Of a DNA stretch of 64,000 nt, positions 1 through 14,599 are shown piece after piece. The notes beneath the pieces were generated by a model. It ran no database searches. It was not told the DNA's origin and saw only the letters and a program-made list of their open reading frames with translations. The first letter of the stretch is position 1. Each line of letters begins with the position of its first letter. The DNA is from Felis catus. Lineage: Eukaryota. The DNA lies in contig NC_058368.1 in the NCBI RefSeq assembly GCF_018350175.1, positions 99,140,001 to 99,204,000 on the forward strand, given 5' to 3'. A program made the position numbers and the translations under genes.

Positions 1-512
1 GGGAATAATTTCTCTCTTAAAATCCATCTGTAAGTATGGTAATTTTCCCGAAATATCATTACTGTGTATTTGGAAGTTAATAAAAATGTTAGGGGTAGTC
101 ACAGAAGCAATAACTCAAACACTTTTCACTTTTTCAGGATTGTTCAGTGATTGGTACCACCATTAAACTTGAATTTAATTTTTCTTTTATGCTGTGGATA
201 TGCTGAGTTGCTTTTGCTTTGAAGCATTTATCTTTGTCCTAAAACACATTGGTATCCCTTACCTAATACTGGTGTATCTTTGGATTTACTGAGGGATAAA
301 TGAGCTTGAAAATATATTTAAGGGTAGACATTTTTTATACATGCATAAAAACAGACACAATAGCTGTGGAAATTTATTTAATAATTGCAGATAAATATGT
401 TAAGAATTGTAGTTCTCCTGATGTGGTAATAAGTATAGGGAAGTGTGCTATCATTAACTCTATTCTCTTTTTTTCCTTTTTCCTTTTTCTCTCTCTCATC
501 CCTTTTCTTTTC

Positions 513-701
513 TTTTTTTTTTTTAATATTTATTTATATTTAAGAGAGAGACAGAGAGAGAAAGAAACACAGACTCTGAAGCAGGCTCCAGGTTCCCAGC
601 TGTCAGCACAGAGCCTGACGTGGGGCTTGAGCTCATGAACTGTGAGATCATGACCTGAGCTGAAGTCAGAGGCTTAACCAACTGAGCCACACAGATGCCC
701 C
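513..701 (-). mobile_element. Can-SINE
   Basis: polyT, (GA)n, reverse tRNA-derived head; flanking direct repeat tctctcatcccttttct / tctcccatcccttttct. Confidence 0.95.
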
Positions 702-1144
702 TCTCCCATCCCTTTTCTGTCCTTATCCATTGCAGATCATAAGCCCAATAGAGAATATACCAATCATTTGCAATGGCTTTGTTTCTTACCACCTGGTAGA
801 TAACTAATCTTAGAGAAAAGCCAAAAGAGGAAGAGACATCTATTCAACCAACTTGCCTGGGACTGAGTCTTCTTGGAAAATTGGACTTTGCTTTCTAAAA
901 CAGGGATAGTGCAGGAAAATCTAAGTCTTTTGGGTCAATGTCCTATACACTTCTGCGGGGGGGTGGGTGTGGAGAAATGACATTTTTACTTAAAAAGCAT
1001 CTTGCTGGAAAACAAAACTTTGTTTCATTGAACACTTAAGTGGCTCTGTTTGTTTCTAATCATCCTGCGGAACAAAGCCAGCAAGATATTAAAGAAAGAG
1101 GAGGTCTACATAAGGTCAGTTCAACAAATTCATCAGATCATATC

Positions 1145-1464
1145 TGGATACTGGGAAGTCCAAAGATCAAAGTATCAGCAGGAGTAGATCCTAGTGAAGA
1201 CTCTAATCCTGGCTTGCACATGATGGCCTTCTTGCTGTGTTCTCACAAAGCAACTGAGAAGGGGGGGGGAAGGGGGGGAGGGAGAAAGATGGGTGGTATG
1301 TCTTTCTCTTTTATAAGGATACCAGTTCTGTGGGATCAGGGCTTCACCCTTATGATCTCATGTAACTTTAATCACCTCCTTAAAAGCCCTGTTTCCAATA
1401 CACTCAAATGGGGGTGTAGGGCCCTAACATATAAATTTGGGGCAGACACAATTCATTCCATAAC
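1145..1464. mobile_element. MaLR LTR remnant (MLT1A/MST-like)
   Basis: gggaagtccaaagatcaa ... cacccttatgatctcatgtaactttaatcacctccttaaaagccct ... gacacaattcattccataaca. Confidence 0.8.
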
Positions 1465-1479
1465 AGGCACTGTCTTCCT

Positions 1480-1715
1480 TGATGATTACATTTCAAAGAG
1501 ACGACTCCCAAGTCCTTGAGAAAGACATTCCTGAGTTGTAAATCTGGTGAGAGACTGGGGGAAGATTTATATCCCGAAGAGGTAGAGAAAGAATTTACAA
1601 CTATGAGTTTTCCAGAGTAAATGGTCTGAGAAAAGGAAGGTCAGGGACTAAAATTGGGGAGAAACTTGTCTAAAGTTTAGTCAAATGGAGGAGAACTTTA
1701 AGGCTGTCATGGCCA
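1480..1715. mobile_element. Old ERV1-type LTR fragment (MER31/MER67-like)
   Basis: cccaagtccttgagaaagacattcct ... gtctaaagtttagtcaa; family from recall. Confidence 0.45.
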
Positions 1716-3466
1716 ACCTATGGGTCATCAGTGCTTCATGTACTCTGAAAAAGAAATTGCCTTGTGTTGTTCTTTTTCATGGTAAAGCCCGCAAAGAATA
1801 TCCATGCATTGGCCAAGCCTTATCCTAAGGGGCCTGGGAAGTGGTGTGTAATGCAGTAAATGGTAACATTTCAATTAATACTTTCAGATTTTTTGGCTGC
1901 TTGTTAGCTACAGGCGATAGAAATGGGATCTATGTTTGATAAAAACCTCTTTGTGTCCCTTAGGATTTCAGTGTCCTTAGTCCAATAATCTGTCTGTCTA
2001 TCTGTATAATGATACCCTAGGAATAAGTACCCAGGTTGAAAAGCAAAGGTCAGGCCTCTATTTATCTTTGACTATAAAGGGCAAGACCAGGTTGTGTTTT
2101 GAGAGAAAAGGTGTCAAGGGAATATAAAGAGAGGATGAACGTGGGAAAGGGGAAAAAAAAAAACAAAAACAGAAAGAAGGAATGTTTTCTTTTGGTTGGG
2201 TATGATCAGCTGTAAGTGCTGCTGCTGGCAAATTGCCAGAAGCCCCCTCTCCCTTCCTCTCCCTCTCCGCGCCCCGCCCCCAGCTGTGTTGCAGGTCAGC
2301 TGCTCACAAAGGGGCTTTTCAATTTACTTACCATTTGATGAACTTTTAGTCAACTGGTTGAAGAACAGGGATGGGACTGAGGTGAGGGACAAGTGCCTCT
2401 GGGTGCAAAATTTAAAAGAATACACAAAAAGTCAGGGCTAATTCAGAGTGGGATTGATATTACTGATTTTTCTTTTGACTTAGGGTCCCACCTGGCTCGC
2501 TAAGGCACTGTGACTGATCCTGTCTTGGTTGAAAATCTTTATATTTTATTTCCTGCGGACATTCACATTCTTTTTGGTTTTTAAAACGTCGCATTAAACA
2601 TTATTTATATTGATTGCCAAACTTTTTGGCGTACCCTTAAATTTTGTAGCTGAGATACGTGCCTCACTGTGTCAGCCTATCCTTACTCTGCTGGAGGCAA
2701 CAGAAATGGTACTTCCTTCTAGATTTAGAATTTATTTTCTGTCTCTCTAGTTGGGTTGTGTAGGTCTAGAAAGTATTGTACTAATAGAGATGAACATTGG
2801 TGGGGTTAAAAAGAACATTGTTCATTTTCCCCCAGGTCACTCACTAACACTTTGGAAGGAAAGATTTCTGCCAAGAGGGAGATTTGATGAAGAGAAACAT
2901 CTCTGAGAGTATACAGGTAATTCAAAGCACACAATTTAATGTCACCAACAGAGAATGTTAAATGGATAAACTGTTGATTAAGAGATGGAATATGTGATTC
3001 TAATGCTACAATTTCGTCGTTATGTTCATAAGTATGTGAAACCTATCTAACCATCTGTAGTGTTCTAAAGAGGGGATTTATTCAGTCTACCTGTTGACAT
3101 TGTGAAAAGAAAATGAATGTACCTTAGCATGGTCCAAAAATGTAAGTTCACATTGCTGTAGGTTTAGGTGGTTAAATCTCTCACTGTTGATTTAGTTGGG
3201 TACCTAGCAACAAATGGAATAAATATATATTTGTTATTTATTTAAGGGATCCTTTCTGTTTTTATTAAGTCCGTAGTCATGGTATATATATGTGGTTAAA
3301 ATGCCCAGAATTCAGATGTTAAAAGCAAAACAATAAGTGAACAAGAGAAGAGAAATATAGCATTTCTGTTGGCTTAGGAGGGCCTTTACAAAACTATAAC
3401 AGTTCAAATAACTCTTTTGCAGTTTACATGGACTACAACTATAGTAGCATGAATTAATATGTTGTA

Positions 3467-3680
3467 TCAAGTTGGCAAACCTTTTGTAAAGGGCCAGATA
3501 GTACATATTTTAAACTTTTCATGCTATGTGGTCTCTGTTGCATCTATTCAGTCCTGCTGTAGTGGTAGGAAAGCAGCTATAAGCAGCAGTAAATAAAAGG
3601 ACATGTTCCAATAAAACTTTATTTACAAAATTAGCCAGTGGGCCGGGTTTGGTCTATAGACCAGAGTTTGCCTACCCTGG
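3467..3680. mobile_element. MER58A-like hAT-Charlie MITE
   Basis: ttggcaaac...aaagggccagatagta...gttccaataaaactttatttacaaaa...gtttgcctaccctg, with terminal inverted repeats. Confidence 0.8.
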
Positions 3681-4053
3681 TGTCAGAAGATTCTACATGC
3701 TTTATTGAAAACTATAAACTGGGTTGTCTGTAACAGTGAGGCATAAAGGATTCATGTCATTTATTGAGCTGAATATCCAAGCCGTTATCTAGATACAAAT
3801 GAACCTTCATCACTAATGACTTTGAAACAGTTCATGTGTCTATACCTAATTTTATCTCTTAGCATTCTGTATCTGACAAGATTATTTGATGTCAGATGTT
3901 ATTACTAGGTAAATATGCTATCTATGTTTTGCCATGTTTTGCCCTCTTATAAAGTCTTAAAATTTCCTGAATATTTGATACTTTACTGAAGGCCATGAAG
4001 CTTACGGACATTTCTACCTGAGTAAAGTTTGTTTTACTGGCAGTAATAAATGC

Positions 4054-4283
4054 TTTTTTTTTATTTAATGAAAATGTTTAATGTTTATTTTTGAGAGAGA
4101 GAAAGAGAGAGACAGAGCTCGAGAGGAGAAGGGCCAGAGGGAGAGGGAGACACAGAATCTGAAGCAGGTTCCAGGCTCCGAGCTGTCAGCACAGAGCCTG
4201 ATGGGGGGCTCAAACTCACGAACCACAAGATCATGACCTCAGCCGAAGTCAGACCCTTAACCGACTGAGCCACCCAGGTGACC
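4054..4283 (-). mobile_element. Can-SINE
   Basis: Reverse SINE; TSD cagtaataaatg at 4041 and 4284. Confidence 0.95.
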
Positions 4284-6339
4284 CAGTAATAAATGTCTCT
4301 TAATGGGTCTCAGTAACTCAGCTAAAACCACAGAATTAAGGTGGCCTAATGTGGAAAGCTGGCTAACTAGATATTTGGTTTTCTTTTGTAGGAGGACATC
4401 TTCTCAATTTAAGAAAATTTATTATAGGTGTAGGGACAGTGGTTAAATCGTGCTAAATGACACTTTTTAAAATTGGGCTGCATGTTTGGAAGAGCTGTTG
4501 TGACAGAGATAGCACAGATTTTCCATTAGTGTCCTGGTTTCTTTTTTCCCTGGGTTCTATTTTTAGAAGGTGAATGGACATCCATAATTAGATATAGTCC
4601 TGGAGATACATGTGGTTGAAACCACATGAGTACATATGAACACTAAAATCCCGGGTACTTCCAGTGAGTGTGTGCAATGTTTCGTGCATAGCTGGTTTCA
4701 TGAAATTCGAAAGTTTGTACTCTACTTACATCTTTCCTTACTTAGTTTTAATTTATTTAAGTTATTAGGCTAGAGGTTAAAATGTCTAGGACCAAAGTAT
4801 CAGGTCACTTGGATTTCTTAGAATCCATCTTTAATCTACAATTGAATGGGAGTATAGGTGTTTGGCAGGTGACATGTTAACACTAATACACTACATTGGA
4901 GTAGATGGTTGTATATTTTCGTTTCTTGGTTATTCTTTTTGGTCAGATGGACAAACTTTTATCTCCACACCTCTCTCATGGCCAGGACTCATGTGAGACA
5001 CCTGAGACACACAGGTCAAGGAGACTTGGGCTTCCTAAGATTCCCAAACTAAGTGCCTCCTTGGATTTTGTGTCCTAGAGTCTCTCCCACTCACCATATT
5101 CTCAGCACCCCCTTTATCTGTTGATTTCTTATCTGTCAGTGTATGGAGACAATGACTGGCAGATTATGTCTGCAAGGCAGTTTTAGCTCCAGAGAACAAA
5201 CATGTGGCATTAACACCATATGGTATTGATTATATTTTAGTCAGAATGTTTTGTGTTTAAAATATTCAAATTGTGAGAATTAAGTAGACATAAATATGAT
5301 ATATAGTTCAGATAACATTCTCCTGGTTATGTGACATAGATTACCATATAACCAATGGCTTCCCCAGAAAGATCTCACCATCTGAGGAATCTCCTGATTC
5401 TTCACATTTAATTGCAGAACGTTAGCCAGACTTTCTATGATGTTCTCTATTCCCTGTTTTATTCAAATGCCTCCTCAACTTCATATTCTTATTTCCTTCT
5501 GTGACTTTTATTCTTCTTCCTATTTACATACTGTATACACTGAAGAGATAGGGCAGAATGAAAGAAACATTTATTGAGTCTTCTGGGTGAGTCCCTCATT
5601 AGATATTGTCTATGATAATTTTATATATAATTATTGTATTTCTAAGATGCCATGATTTATATTTTTTTCTAAGAAAAGAATTCTTAAGAGTCCTAGTGTT
5701 CATGACTCACAATAATAAAGGCTTTATTTCTCCCTCTCGCTCATATTTCAATAACAAAGGTATTTTTTATAGTTATATATGTATAGGTATAAAACCTAAA
5801 TATCCCTGAGTACTTCTGGCATTGATTTCATCTAGCTTTAGTTCAAGAATAATGTGACTCTCTCTTTTCACCCTTAGGACTTAAACACAGGTTTCTTACT
5901 TATTGATACAGACATATATATGGATATAGATAGGTAGATAGGTAGTTCACTGTTAGTATAAATAAAGTGCAAACCCTCAAGTACAGCATGTGTGTTGCAG
6001 CCACAGTTATTTATTTTGGCTGGAAATGATTGATCTGAATTGAATCAAAGCATAAGGCAAATCTTGTTCCCTCATCACCCAGTAGGTCACATTACAATCA
6101 GTTTACCTTATACAAATTTATCCTGTAACATAACTGGTGAATGTTTTCCAAGGCATATGTCAGAACAACACAATCCTGAGCATATATGTGTTCCCTTCTC
6201 GTTGAAGGCCAGAGAGGCCAAGGACATAGTAAATAGTAAACCAGACTCAAACTCAACCCTGTTTGACTCCAGATACCAGTCTTAAATCCAAGTATACCAT
6301 TCATGAGTTTCACCAAATTTATTTCTTTAAAAAAATTAG

Positions 6340-6750
6340 TAAAACACACACCACGTAAAATTTGGTATCTTAGCCATTGTTAAGTATACAGCTCAGTGGC
6401 ATTAAGTATATTAACATTGCTGTGCTACCATCGTCACCATCCAGCCGTGAAAGTCTTTTCAACTTATTAAACTGAAACTCTACCCATTACACAATGACTC
6501 CTTATCTTCCCTCCCTTCAGCCCCTGTCAGCTACCACTTTTTTGACTACTCTAGATACATCATATAAATGGAATCGTACAGTATTTATCTTCTTGCAACT
6601 GGTATATTTCAACTTGAACTGTCTTCATAGTTCATCCATGTTGTACCATGTATCAGGATTTCCTTCTTTTTTGACATTTAATATTCCACTGTATGTATAC
6701 ACCACATCTTGTTTGTCCATGTTTCCATCAGTGAACACTTGGGTTGCTTT
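6340..6750 (-). mobile_element. Old L1 (L1M-type) 3' UTR fragment
   Basis: taagtatacagctcagtggcattaagtatattaacattgctgtg ... catataaatggaatcgtacagtattt. Confidence 0.8.
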
Positions 6751-7731
6751 CGGGTGTTCACCATATTTATTTATTTATTCCATGGTTGTATAAGTTGTTT
6801 TCTGTTAGAACCACAATAGGTTCTTTGCTGCACATGCTTTTAAATTAACATTCTAAATAACATACACTTAATCCCAACAGAGAAGAAAATGATGAGTTAA
6901 TCCTAGGACTGGTGGAGGGGTTTTGACAGTCGATTGAAATACCCCAGAAAAAGAAAATAAAGACTATGGATTTCATTGTTCTGTGTGAAGGAAACACATG
7001 GTTCCATTTGACCACAAAAAACAAAACAAAACAAAACAAAAAACAAACAAAAAAAAAACTTATGCCTCCCTGGAGCAGAGTTTCAAGGACATTTGGGGAT
7101 TTGGGTCATGAAATATGTTGTAAGTTTTTACTTTTTTTTTTTTTTTAAACCTTCTGGTAAATCAGTATAGGTAAACACATTATATAGGCAGCCTTAAAGA
7201 TTGCTCAGTGGGGGAGAATCAAGTAAATGCCAGAACACTTTAAATCAAAACATATGCAACCAATATTTTCTGATAATCATTTTTATTTGAAGTTGTTGAA
7301 GTTACTGAAGTCATTTTATTCTTAAATGAAATTACTTTTTTATTTCCAAAATTGTGTGCATAACACATATGTTGACGGTATGTCTTCTTAGCTTAGAATT
7401 TTGAGTTCTGAGTTTATACCATAGGCTCAGTTTAAAAGCTCAGAATCCAGATTATTGTAGTTGCATACCCAAAGTGAGTAGAGAGCTGATAAAAAATGAT
7501 TATTAGTAAATGCCCTTAAATCTGCATAATAATGACGTTTTAAAATTGACATTTTAAAAAATAGTTTTTGGTTGAAGAAGATAATTCTAGAATGTCAGTG
7601 TTAAATTTTGTAACATCTTGCTTTATTAATTCATATTACTCTATAAAAGGTGCTAATACATTTACTACTCTTTTCATGAGTTTATGTAATATTCAGAATT
7701 AACTTATGTAATATTCAGAAATTATTTTACT

Positions 7732-7949
7732 GGGGCTCCTGGGTGGCTCTGTCAGTTAAGCATCCGACTTCTGCTCAGGTCATGATCGAGCAGTTTGTCA
7801 GGTCCAGCCCCGCATCAGGCTCTCTGCTGAAAGCTCAGCAGAGCTTTCTTCCGTTTTCTTTGTCTCCCTCTCTCTCTATCCCTCCGCCACTCACACTCTG
7901 TCTTCCTCTCTCTCAAAAATAAATAAACATTAAAAAATTAAAAAAAAAG
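7732..7949 (+). mobile_element. Can-SINE
   Basis: ggggctcctgggtggct head, CT-rich segment, aaaataaataaacatt-A tail. Confidence 0.95.
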
Positions 7950-10001
7950 AAACAGTTTTATTTATGAGCATTTTATATTTTAGGCTAATAAAGTGGTCAT
8001 GAAAACAAAGAAGCCAAATAATTATAATTTTATTTTTTCATTGGAAATATTCAGTGAGGAATCACTGTTTTGTTCCTTATTCTAGTTTTATAATACGTGA
8101 ATACAGTACTTTGATCTACTCATCATGAAATTTGTGAATTATATGAACACTGATTATTTTACATTTATATTTTACTTATTTTCTGTGCATTTTCAATTGT
8201 TTATCTCTTAGACATTTTTTGAAGATTTCTTTCTTAAATGTGTTAAAACTAAGCACTCCATTTCCTGATTAATCCCATGGTACCAGATTGTATTATTTCT
8301 TTACTTTTTAACGTCACACTTTTAAATCAAACTTAGAAACGCTTTTCTTCTAATATCATTTTAAGACTGTTTTTAATTCAGTTTGCTACCAAATTACCAA
8401 AGTAACCAGTAAGTTCAGTTGAAATAGTTCATTTCCTTGAGTGGAAGATATCATGGACAAGTATTCTTTACTGTCATAAAGAATCAGATGTAAAATGTAA
8501 ATGTAAAATGATCAATTGATTGATTAAACATTTTATTTTTTTAATTATTATTTTATTATTTCATTTTTATTTTATTATTATTTTATTTTCTAGGCACAGA
8601 GTAGGTAAGGAATTTTTATTTACAGTTTCTGAAGTATGTAAGTGTCTATTGTGTTTTTGGAATATGCCACCGATTCCCAAGGTTCTATTAATATAATAGA
8701 GGAGATAAGTCAGGTGAACAGAAAACCACTCAAACAAAACAAAGCAATGATAGTAACTACAGGAGTGAAAAGTACTTAGGATTTGGTACACGTTGCATCC
8801 TCAAAGGCTCTAGGTACATAAACTCTGAGACTATAGATATATCCTGAGTTTAGTCATAATAAATCATCTGTTCTGAGGATCTGTACCCTAAGTAGGTCAA
8901 TAGCTGAGAGCATCTGTGATTTCCATAGATCTGTAGGCCAGATTCCTGTGTCCCATCTCAATTCAGTTAAACAGCCACAGATTCTGAAATTAAAAAAAAA
9001 AAAAAAATTCCTGATGGCCATGGTCCTTCCATTTGTTCCTCTAGCATTTTTTGAACAGCTCTGGTATCCGTTGCTCTTCATACTCTATGTGGGCCCTGCA
9101 GAGGTGTCAGGACAGCTAAAACTGAGTATCGCTATGAAAATTCAGAAAAATTGATGAAATGTGAGGGAATTGACCGTGATAATTTCCCACATCTTAACCT
9201 GAATTATATACTAATGGTAGTTTTGGGATAATGCAGAGCAAGTAGTAATAAGGGCTTTTCTTGCATGTGGAGAAGGAGAGCTGGCTTATTGGACTGGGTT
9301 TGAGAATTAAGGATGCTCGTGTAAAAGACGAGAAGTGACACAAGGTATACTTCCCTGGAAAAGTAATCATTTATATATGCTTGCTTCCGGAGGTAATTGG
9401 AAGCCAGATCCCTTGGAAGGAATTAAAGGAAAAGAGAGTTCTGTGCATAAATTTACAGAAGTCAGAAATATTAACTGGAGATGTTCATGTTTAATCCATG
9501 GATGAGATAGAGGTAGTTCAAAAAATAAATTATGCTGGAAAAAAGAATTCACTCATAGTTTCTATGTCGCAAGTTGGCATAAGTTTCTCTCAGGCCACTA
9601 AATTTATTGTTGTGCTAAAATTAGAAGTAATTAAATTATCGTCTTGTTTTGATTCCCCCCTCCCCCCTCCCCCGGGAGCAAACCTTTACCACCAAATAGA
9701 CCTGTGGTATTTGGTAAAGATATTTTTATCGTTCAGTTTGTTTGATTCGTATTAAATTCCCATCCCAAGATCTGCCTTCTTCTTACAAGGAAACAGTACT
9801 ATGGACTGTGTATTTAGGTAGACATTTAAAACCTGTGTCAGCTGCCTTAGAAGAAAAACTAGCCTGTGAGATTTGAACACATTATTGATACAGAAGCTGA
9901 GGAAGATGTTTCCATTTATTTCATACAGTATCAGGCTGTTCTGTGTTTCTGATTTGTTTCCTTCTTTTGCTCTGCTTTTCACCCTTTCTGCATAGTTTTA
10001 A

Positions 10002-10229
10002 ATTTTTTTAATGTTTATTTATTATTGAGAGAGAGACACAGAGAGAGAGAAAAAGAGAGAGCATGAGTGGGGGAGGGGCAGAGAGGGAGGGAGACACAGA
10101 TTCCAAAGTAGGCTCCAGGCTCTGAGCTGTCAGCACTGACCCTGACATGGGGCTCAAACCTACAAACCCGCAAGATCCTGACCTGAGCAGAAGTTGGACG
10201 CTTAACCGCCTGAGCCACCCAGGCGCCCC
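10002..10229 (-). mobile_element. Can-SINE
   Basis: Ends gccacccaggcgcccc; TSD tctgcatagtt / tctgtatagtt. Confidence 0.95.
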
Positions 10230-10711
10230 TCTGTATAGTTAAACAAACTTCAAACCTGGTCAAAAAGAAAAAAAAAAAGGAAAAACAAATTTAGCTCCAC
10301 TGAATTTTTTTTTTCCAAGTTCACAAGAATTACATTTACCTACAATAATGCTTAATTCTGAATTGACAGATTACATCTGTCTTTCAATATATGCAGCAAC
10401 ACCCACTTTTACTGAAAGTTGCATGATAGGTTCATAGCATTGCATTCAGCATCATTCGAATCCAAATGACTATACACGGGTTGTCCAGTGGCTCTGCCCG
10501 CAGGATCAGGCATTCTAGTTGGTGTGACAAAACATGAGTATAGTAAACCATCCGTATGCATTTCATGTTGGCTTTCTAATCTACAAAATAATTGACTCAG
10601 CAACAGAACAGAATAGAGTAATATATATATGTGTTATATATGTATAACATATATATATGTTTTTAAATTGTGGACTGACAGGAGGGGGGATATTCAGAAA
10701 AGAAAATAATA

Positions 10712-10920
10712 GGGGGTGCCTGAGTGGCTCAATTGGTTAAGCATCTGACTTCGGCCCAGGTCATGATCTCATGGTTCATGGGTCCGAGCCCGGCATTGTG
10801 CTCTCTGCTGTCAGTGTAGAACAGTTAGGATCCTCTGTTCCCCCCCACCCCACCCCCGCCTCTTCCCCTCCCCGACTTGTGTGCACACACTCTCTCAAAA
10901 AATAAATAAACCTTCAAAGA
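10712..10920 (+). mobile_element. Can-SINE
   Basis: Head ggggtgcctgagtggctca; A-rich tail. Confidence 0.92.
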
Positions 10921-11737
10921 AAAAAATAGTGCTGATGCCATCAGGGAAAACTTGAGTTAGGCATCTGGACTGGAGCCTAACTTTAAAGAATTGGAAGAAC
11001 ATGGTTAAAAAGAAAGAAGGCAGGATCAGCAGATCATAACACATCAGTTACCACAGACCAGCTAGAATTGAGTGAACCTGTTGGGCTCACTGTTACATCT
11101 CTCATATTATTGGGCCTTTCTTTTCCCTTTCTAGAGCCCCTGGCTGCTGAATTCCCAGTGGAGATTTCACATCTGCTTGTCATATAAACTTCAGCTCTGG
11201 TCTAGTGAGGATTAAAGTCTCCCTGAGATCCTGACTGAGCAGCCTTTCTCCCACTTTATTTGACACCGCACTATATCACGGCAGTGCTGGCTCCTTCCCC
11301 ACACACCGTGTGTAGTAAATCCTCTGCACGCCACAAGGTCAGCCGAGTATTAGATGCAGAGTCCTGTCAGAGGTGCTGACAGCTCCATCTTTCTGAGGGT
11401 AAGGGAGTGCTGGGTCCTGAAATTCGGTTGCAGTCCTGGCCCAAGAGTCAAAAAAATGCTTTCATCTTGAAAGATGTGATGATTATTATGGGCTATGTTT
11501 CTCTGATCCTTAAATCTCTTTTCAGACATGCATCTTGTGTTGTCACTTCTTCAAGTTTTTGGAAGTGCTGGGAAGGAGAAGAAGCTGTAATTGAAATGGG
11601 CAGGCGTGGCAGGAGAAAAGTAAGTCCAGAAAGTCTCACCGAGTTACAATATATTTGTTAAGTAGCCCGTAGTTACATTATTCTTGGTCTTCCTTTAGCC
11701 CAAGATAGGAGCTTTGTTTTAGGAGTACCCATTGCTT

Positions 11738-11968
11738 GGGGCACCTGGGTGGCTCAGTCACTTGCTTAAGCATTCAACTCAGCTCAGGTCATGATCTCAA
11801 GGTTTGTGAGTTCGAGTCCCACATCTGGTTCTGTGCTAACAATGTGGAGCCTGCTTAGGATTCTTTGTCTCTCTCCCTGTCTCTCTGCCCTTCCCCTGCT
11901 CATGCTCATGTGCAATCTCTCTGTCTCCCAAAATGAATAAATAAATACATTGATTAATTAATTAAAAA
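11738..11968 (+). mobile_element. Can-SINE
   Basis: Head ggggcacctgggtggctcagtc; CT repeat and A-rich tail. Confidence 0.93.
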
Positions 11969-12711
11969 GAATACCCATCATATATAATGATGCCTTTAAG
12001 GTCATTTTCTCACTCTCTGTCTTAATTTTCCTTTGCCAATTAATGATTTCACTACTTCCATATAACAAGTTATATTACAATCCAGAAAAACAAAATTATG
12101 AAGTGTGTTCTGGGTAAAATGTTATGGTTAAAGTTCTTTCTAAGTATCTTCTTTCCCTGAAATCTATCAAAATAAATTTTAAAATATAGTCTTCAGAAAT
12201 AGTCGCTAGAATGTCCCAGGAACAACCAAATTAGGAAAAGAGGACAATGCCACTTCAAAAAGGAATGGCCAAGGAAGGAGACAGAAGATTCTCACGACTC
12301 AGGTTGCTATTAATAGACTACCTTTACCCACCAAAGCTGAGGTCAGGTGTGGGAAAAGGATAATGCCACCTGGAGAATGGGTGGACTAAAGAGACTTAGT
12401 AGGGAGACAGAAAAATATGAAAGTAAAAAACCCACAAGAGGAAAAGCAATGAACTATTACCATTGGATCTCAGACAGGGCTAGCTTCATGGACAATCCAC
12501 CTGTGCATATTCTCAGACAGATCCCAGGCTGGATTTAATATTCTCCTATCACAGGCTTGAAATTCTTAACAATTTTTGAATAAGGGAGTCTGTATTTCCA
12601 CTTTGCACTGTGTGCTACAATTTATGTAGCCAGCCTTGATTTGTGGCAGAAAAAAATCCACATCTGGTCTCACGAGTTGGCAGAAAAATTCTGAATGGGG
12701 CACTAGCCATT

Positions 12712-12912
12712 CTGACCACATATTAGAATCACCTGGGTGGGTGGGTGGGGGGTGCTTTTTTAAAATTTCAATGCCCAGGTCATGTTTCAGACCAATTAAA
12801 TACGAGTTTTGGTAGACGTGAGGGTAGAGATAGTAGGGTGAATTGGGACAAGGCATTGGTATTTACAAAAGCTCCCCAAGGATTACAGTGGGCAACCAAG
12901 AATAATAACCAG
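12712..12912. mobile_element. MER5A-like DNA transposon remnant
   Basis: cacatattagaatcacctggg...aatgcccagg...cagaccaattaaat...aaaagctcccca. Confidence 0.65.
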
Positions 12913-14599
12913 TAAAGGGAAGAGTAATGAGAACGTGCAAACCTGGAACCAGGACCAGCATGCTGAAGTCCAAGTGAAGGGTGAAAACTCACCTGGGGAT
13001 TAATACTGATGCGTTACCATTCTCTGGTTTTCTGTTTCATCTAGAAATTATTGCTACTAAGAAGAGGGTGAGAGAGACATGAATGATTAGATGATATTCT
13101 TGGGCAGAAGCTTTATTGTAAGAGGTCTACTCTGGTTTAGAGGAAAGATATACCATCTGACATCTACCGTTAGTTATAGGAAGGACCCCAGTACAGGACA
13201 TTTAAATTTCAGTCAAGGGAGCAGAACCTGAGCTTTTCTATCATTTGGCTATAGTAGAGATTTGTTGAAAATACCCAGATATCAAACTCCAGCTCGTAGG
13301 GAAACAGATTCCCAGTAAACTGTCTGCTGGTCTAATTATAAATCAGCTGTTTATAGTGGTGAAACTGGAAATGGGTATTTCTCCCCTTAAATAAATGGAC
13401 CTGTACACTGTGATACAGATATATAAATTATGAATTAAATTAGTTTTAATGCTCCTTCAATGATAGGGTCGGGAAGGAAGCAGTCAGTTTCTAGTCAAGT
13501 TAGGTCTCTAGGGTTACAGATTCCCAACATTCCAGGGAAGGCAGAACAACTATGAAAGTATAGAAAATGGGGGATGGTATTCTAAAATCCTTTAAGTCAT
13601 TGAGGAAATGGATGGGACCAACTGAGTTCACTTATGACTGTTACTGAGTGTGGCTAGGCATTCTGGGATCAGACAGTCTTGGCCTTGGTATCTGATCAGA
13701 CCTGGTGAAATATCAAACTAAAATAAGTCAGTCTCACACTTGGAACATACTACTGGTGTTTTAAATAAATTGCTAGGAATATTATCAAGTTGCTTCAATC
13801 ACTTTTAAGCCCTTAATTTCTTTGAATCAGTTTAATGACTAAAGAAACAAATTCTTAGTAGAAATGCATGGAGACTTCTATTTCCTCCAAATATAGTACA
13901 ACCAGCATGGACCTACATTTTTTCTTGCATGGCCCCCATTTTGGAGATGGTACTGAAGGCTTAAGGAGGCTGATGGGTAGTTTAACAACTAGTTTTAACA
14001 ACAAATAGTTTAACAACTATTAGAAAGATGAGAAACACCAAGGGTGAGAAATACAAGATGGTAACAGTTTGTCTATTAAAATAACATACATGGTGGAATA
14101 GGGAAAAACACTGCAGATATGAGTATGGGTTGAGGAGAGGTTTTTAAGTAGTCTCTGGTCTTCGTATCGACTTTTGTATATTAGCACCACAATATTTCCT
14201 TCTGAAAGTAGAAAAAAAACAAAAAAAAAATCTAGCTCTGGGCTAGCCAGACTAGTAGGGTAGCATCAGAATTATTCTCAGATGCCCCAGTTGAGGGGAG
14301 GGACTAAATAACAACACAGCACAAAGGATGATGATTACCCTGTGGAAAAAGAAGTGTCAATGCTCTCTGCCCTGAGAAACAATGCATTTCTATCCTCCAA
14401 ACATGGATACTAGGACTTGGCCATTGATCTCTCCACACAGATTCAAATCATAGACTAATGAGCCAGTTTCTCCAGGAAAAAAATGAATTCAGAAAACATT
14501 AAAAGACATTTTTGCGGAGCAACCATTAGTGAAAAAAAGACAAGAAAACGCACCCTTTTAATCAGCTAAATTTGATTTACAGGAAGAGGCAAAATAAAT

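Noticed and set aside
1040..1519. 159-aa ORF
   Set aside because: Lies in MaLR/ERV LTR remnants; non-ATG start.
2268..2281. GC box ccgcgccccgcccc
   Set aside because: Single site, no CpG island or other promoter evidence.
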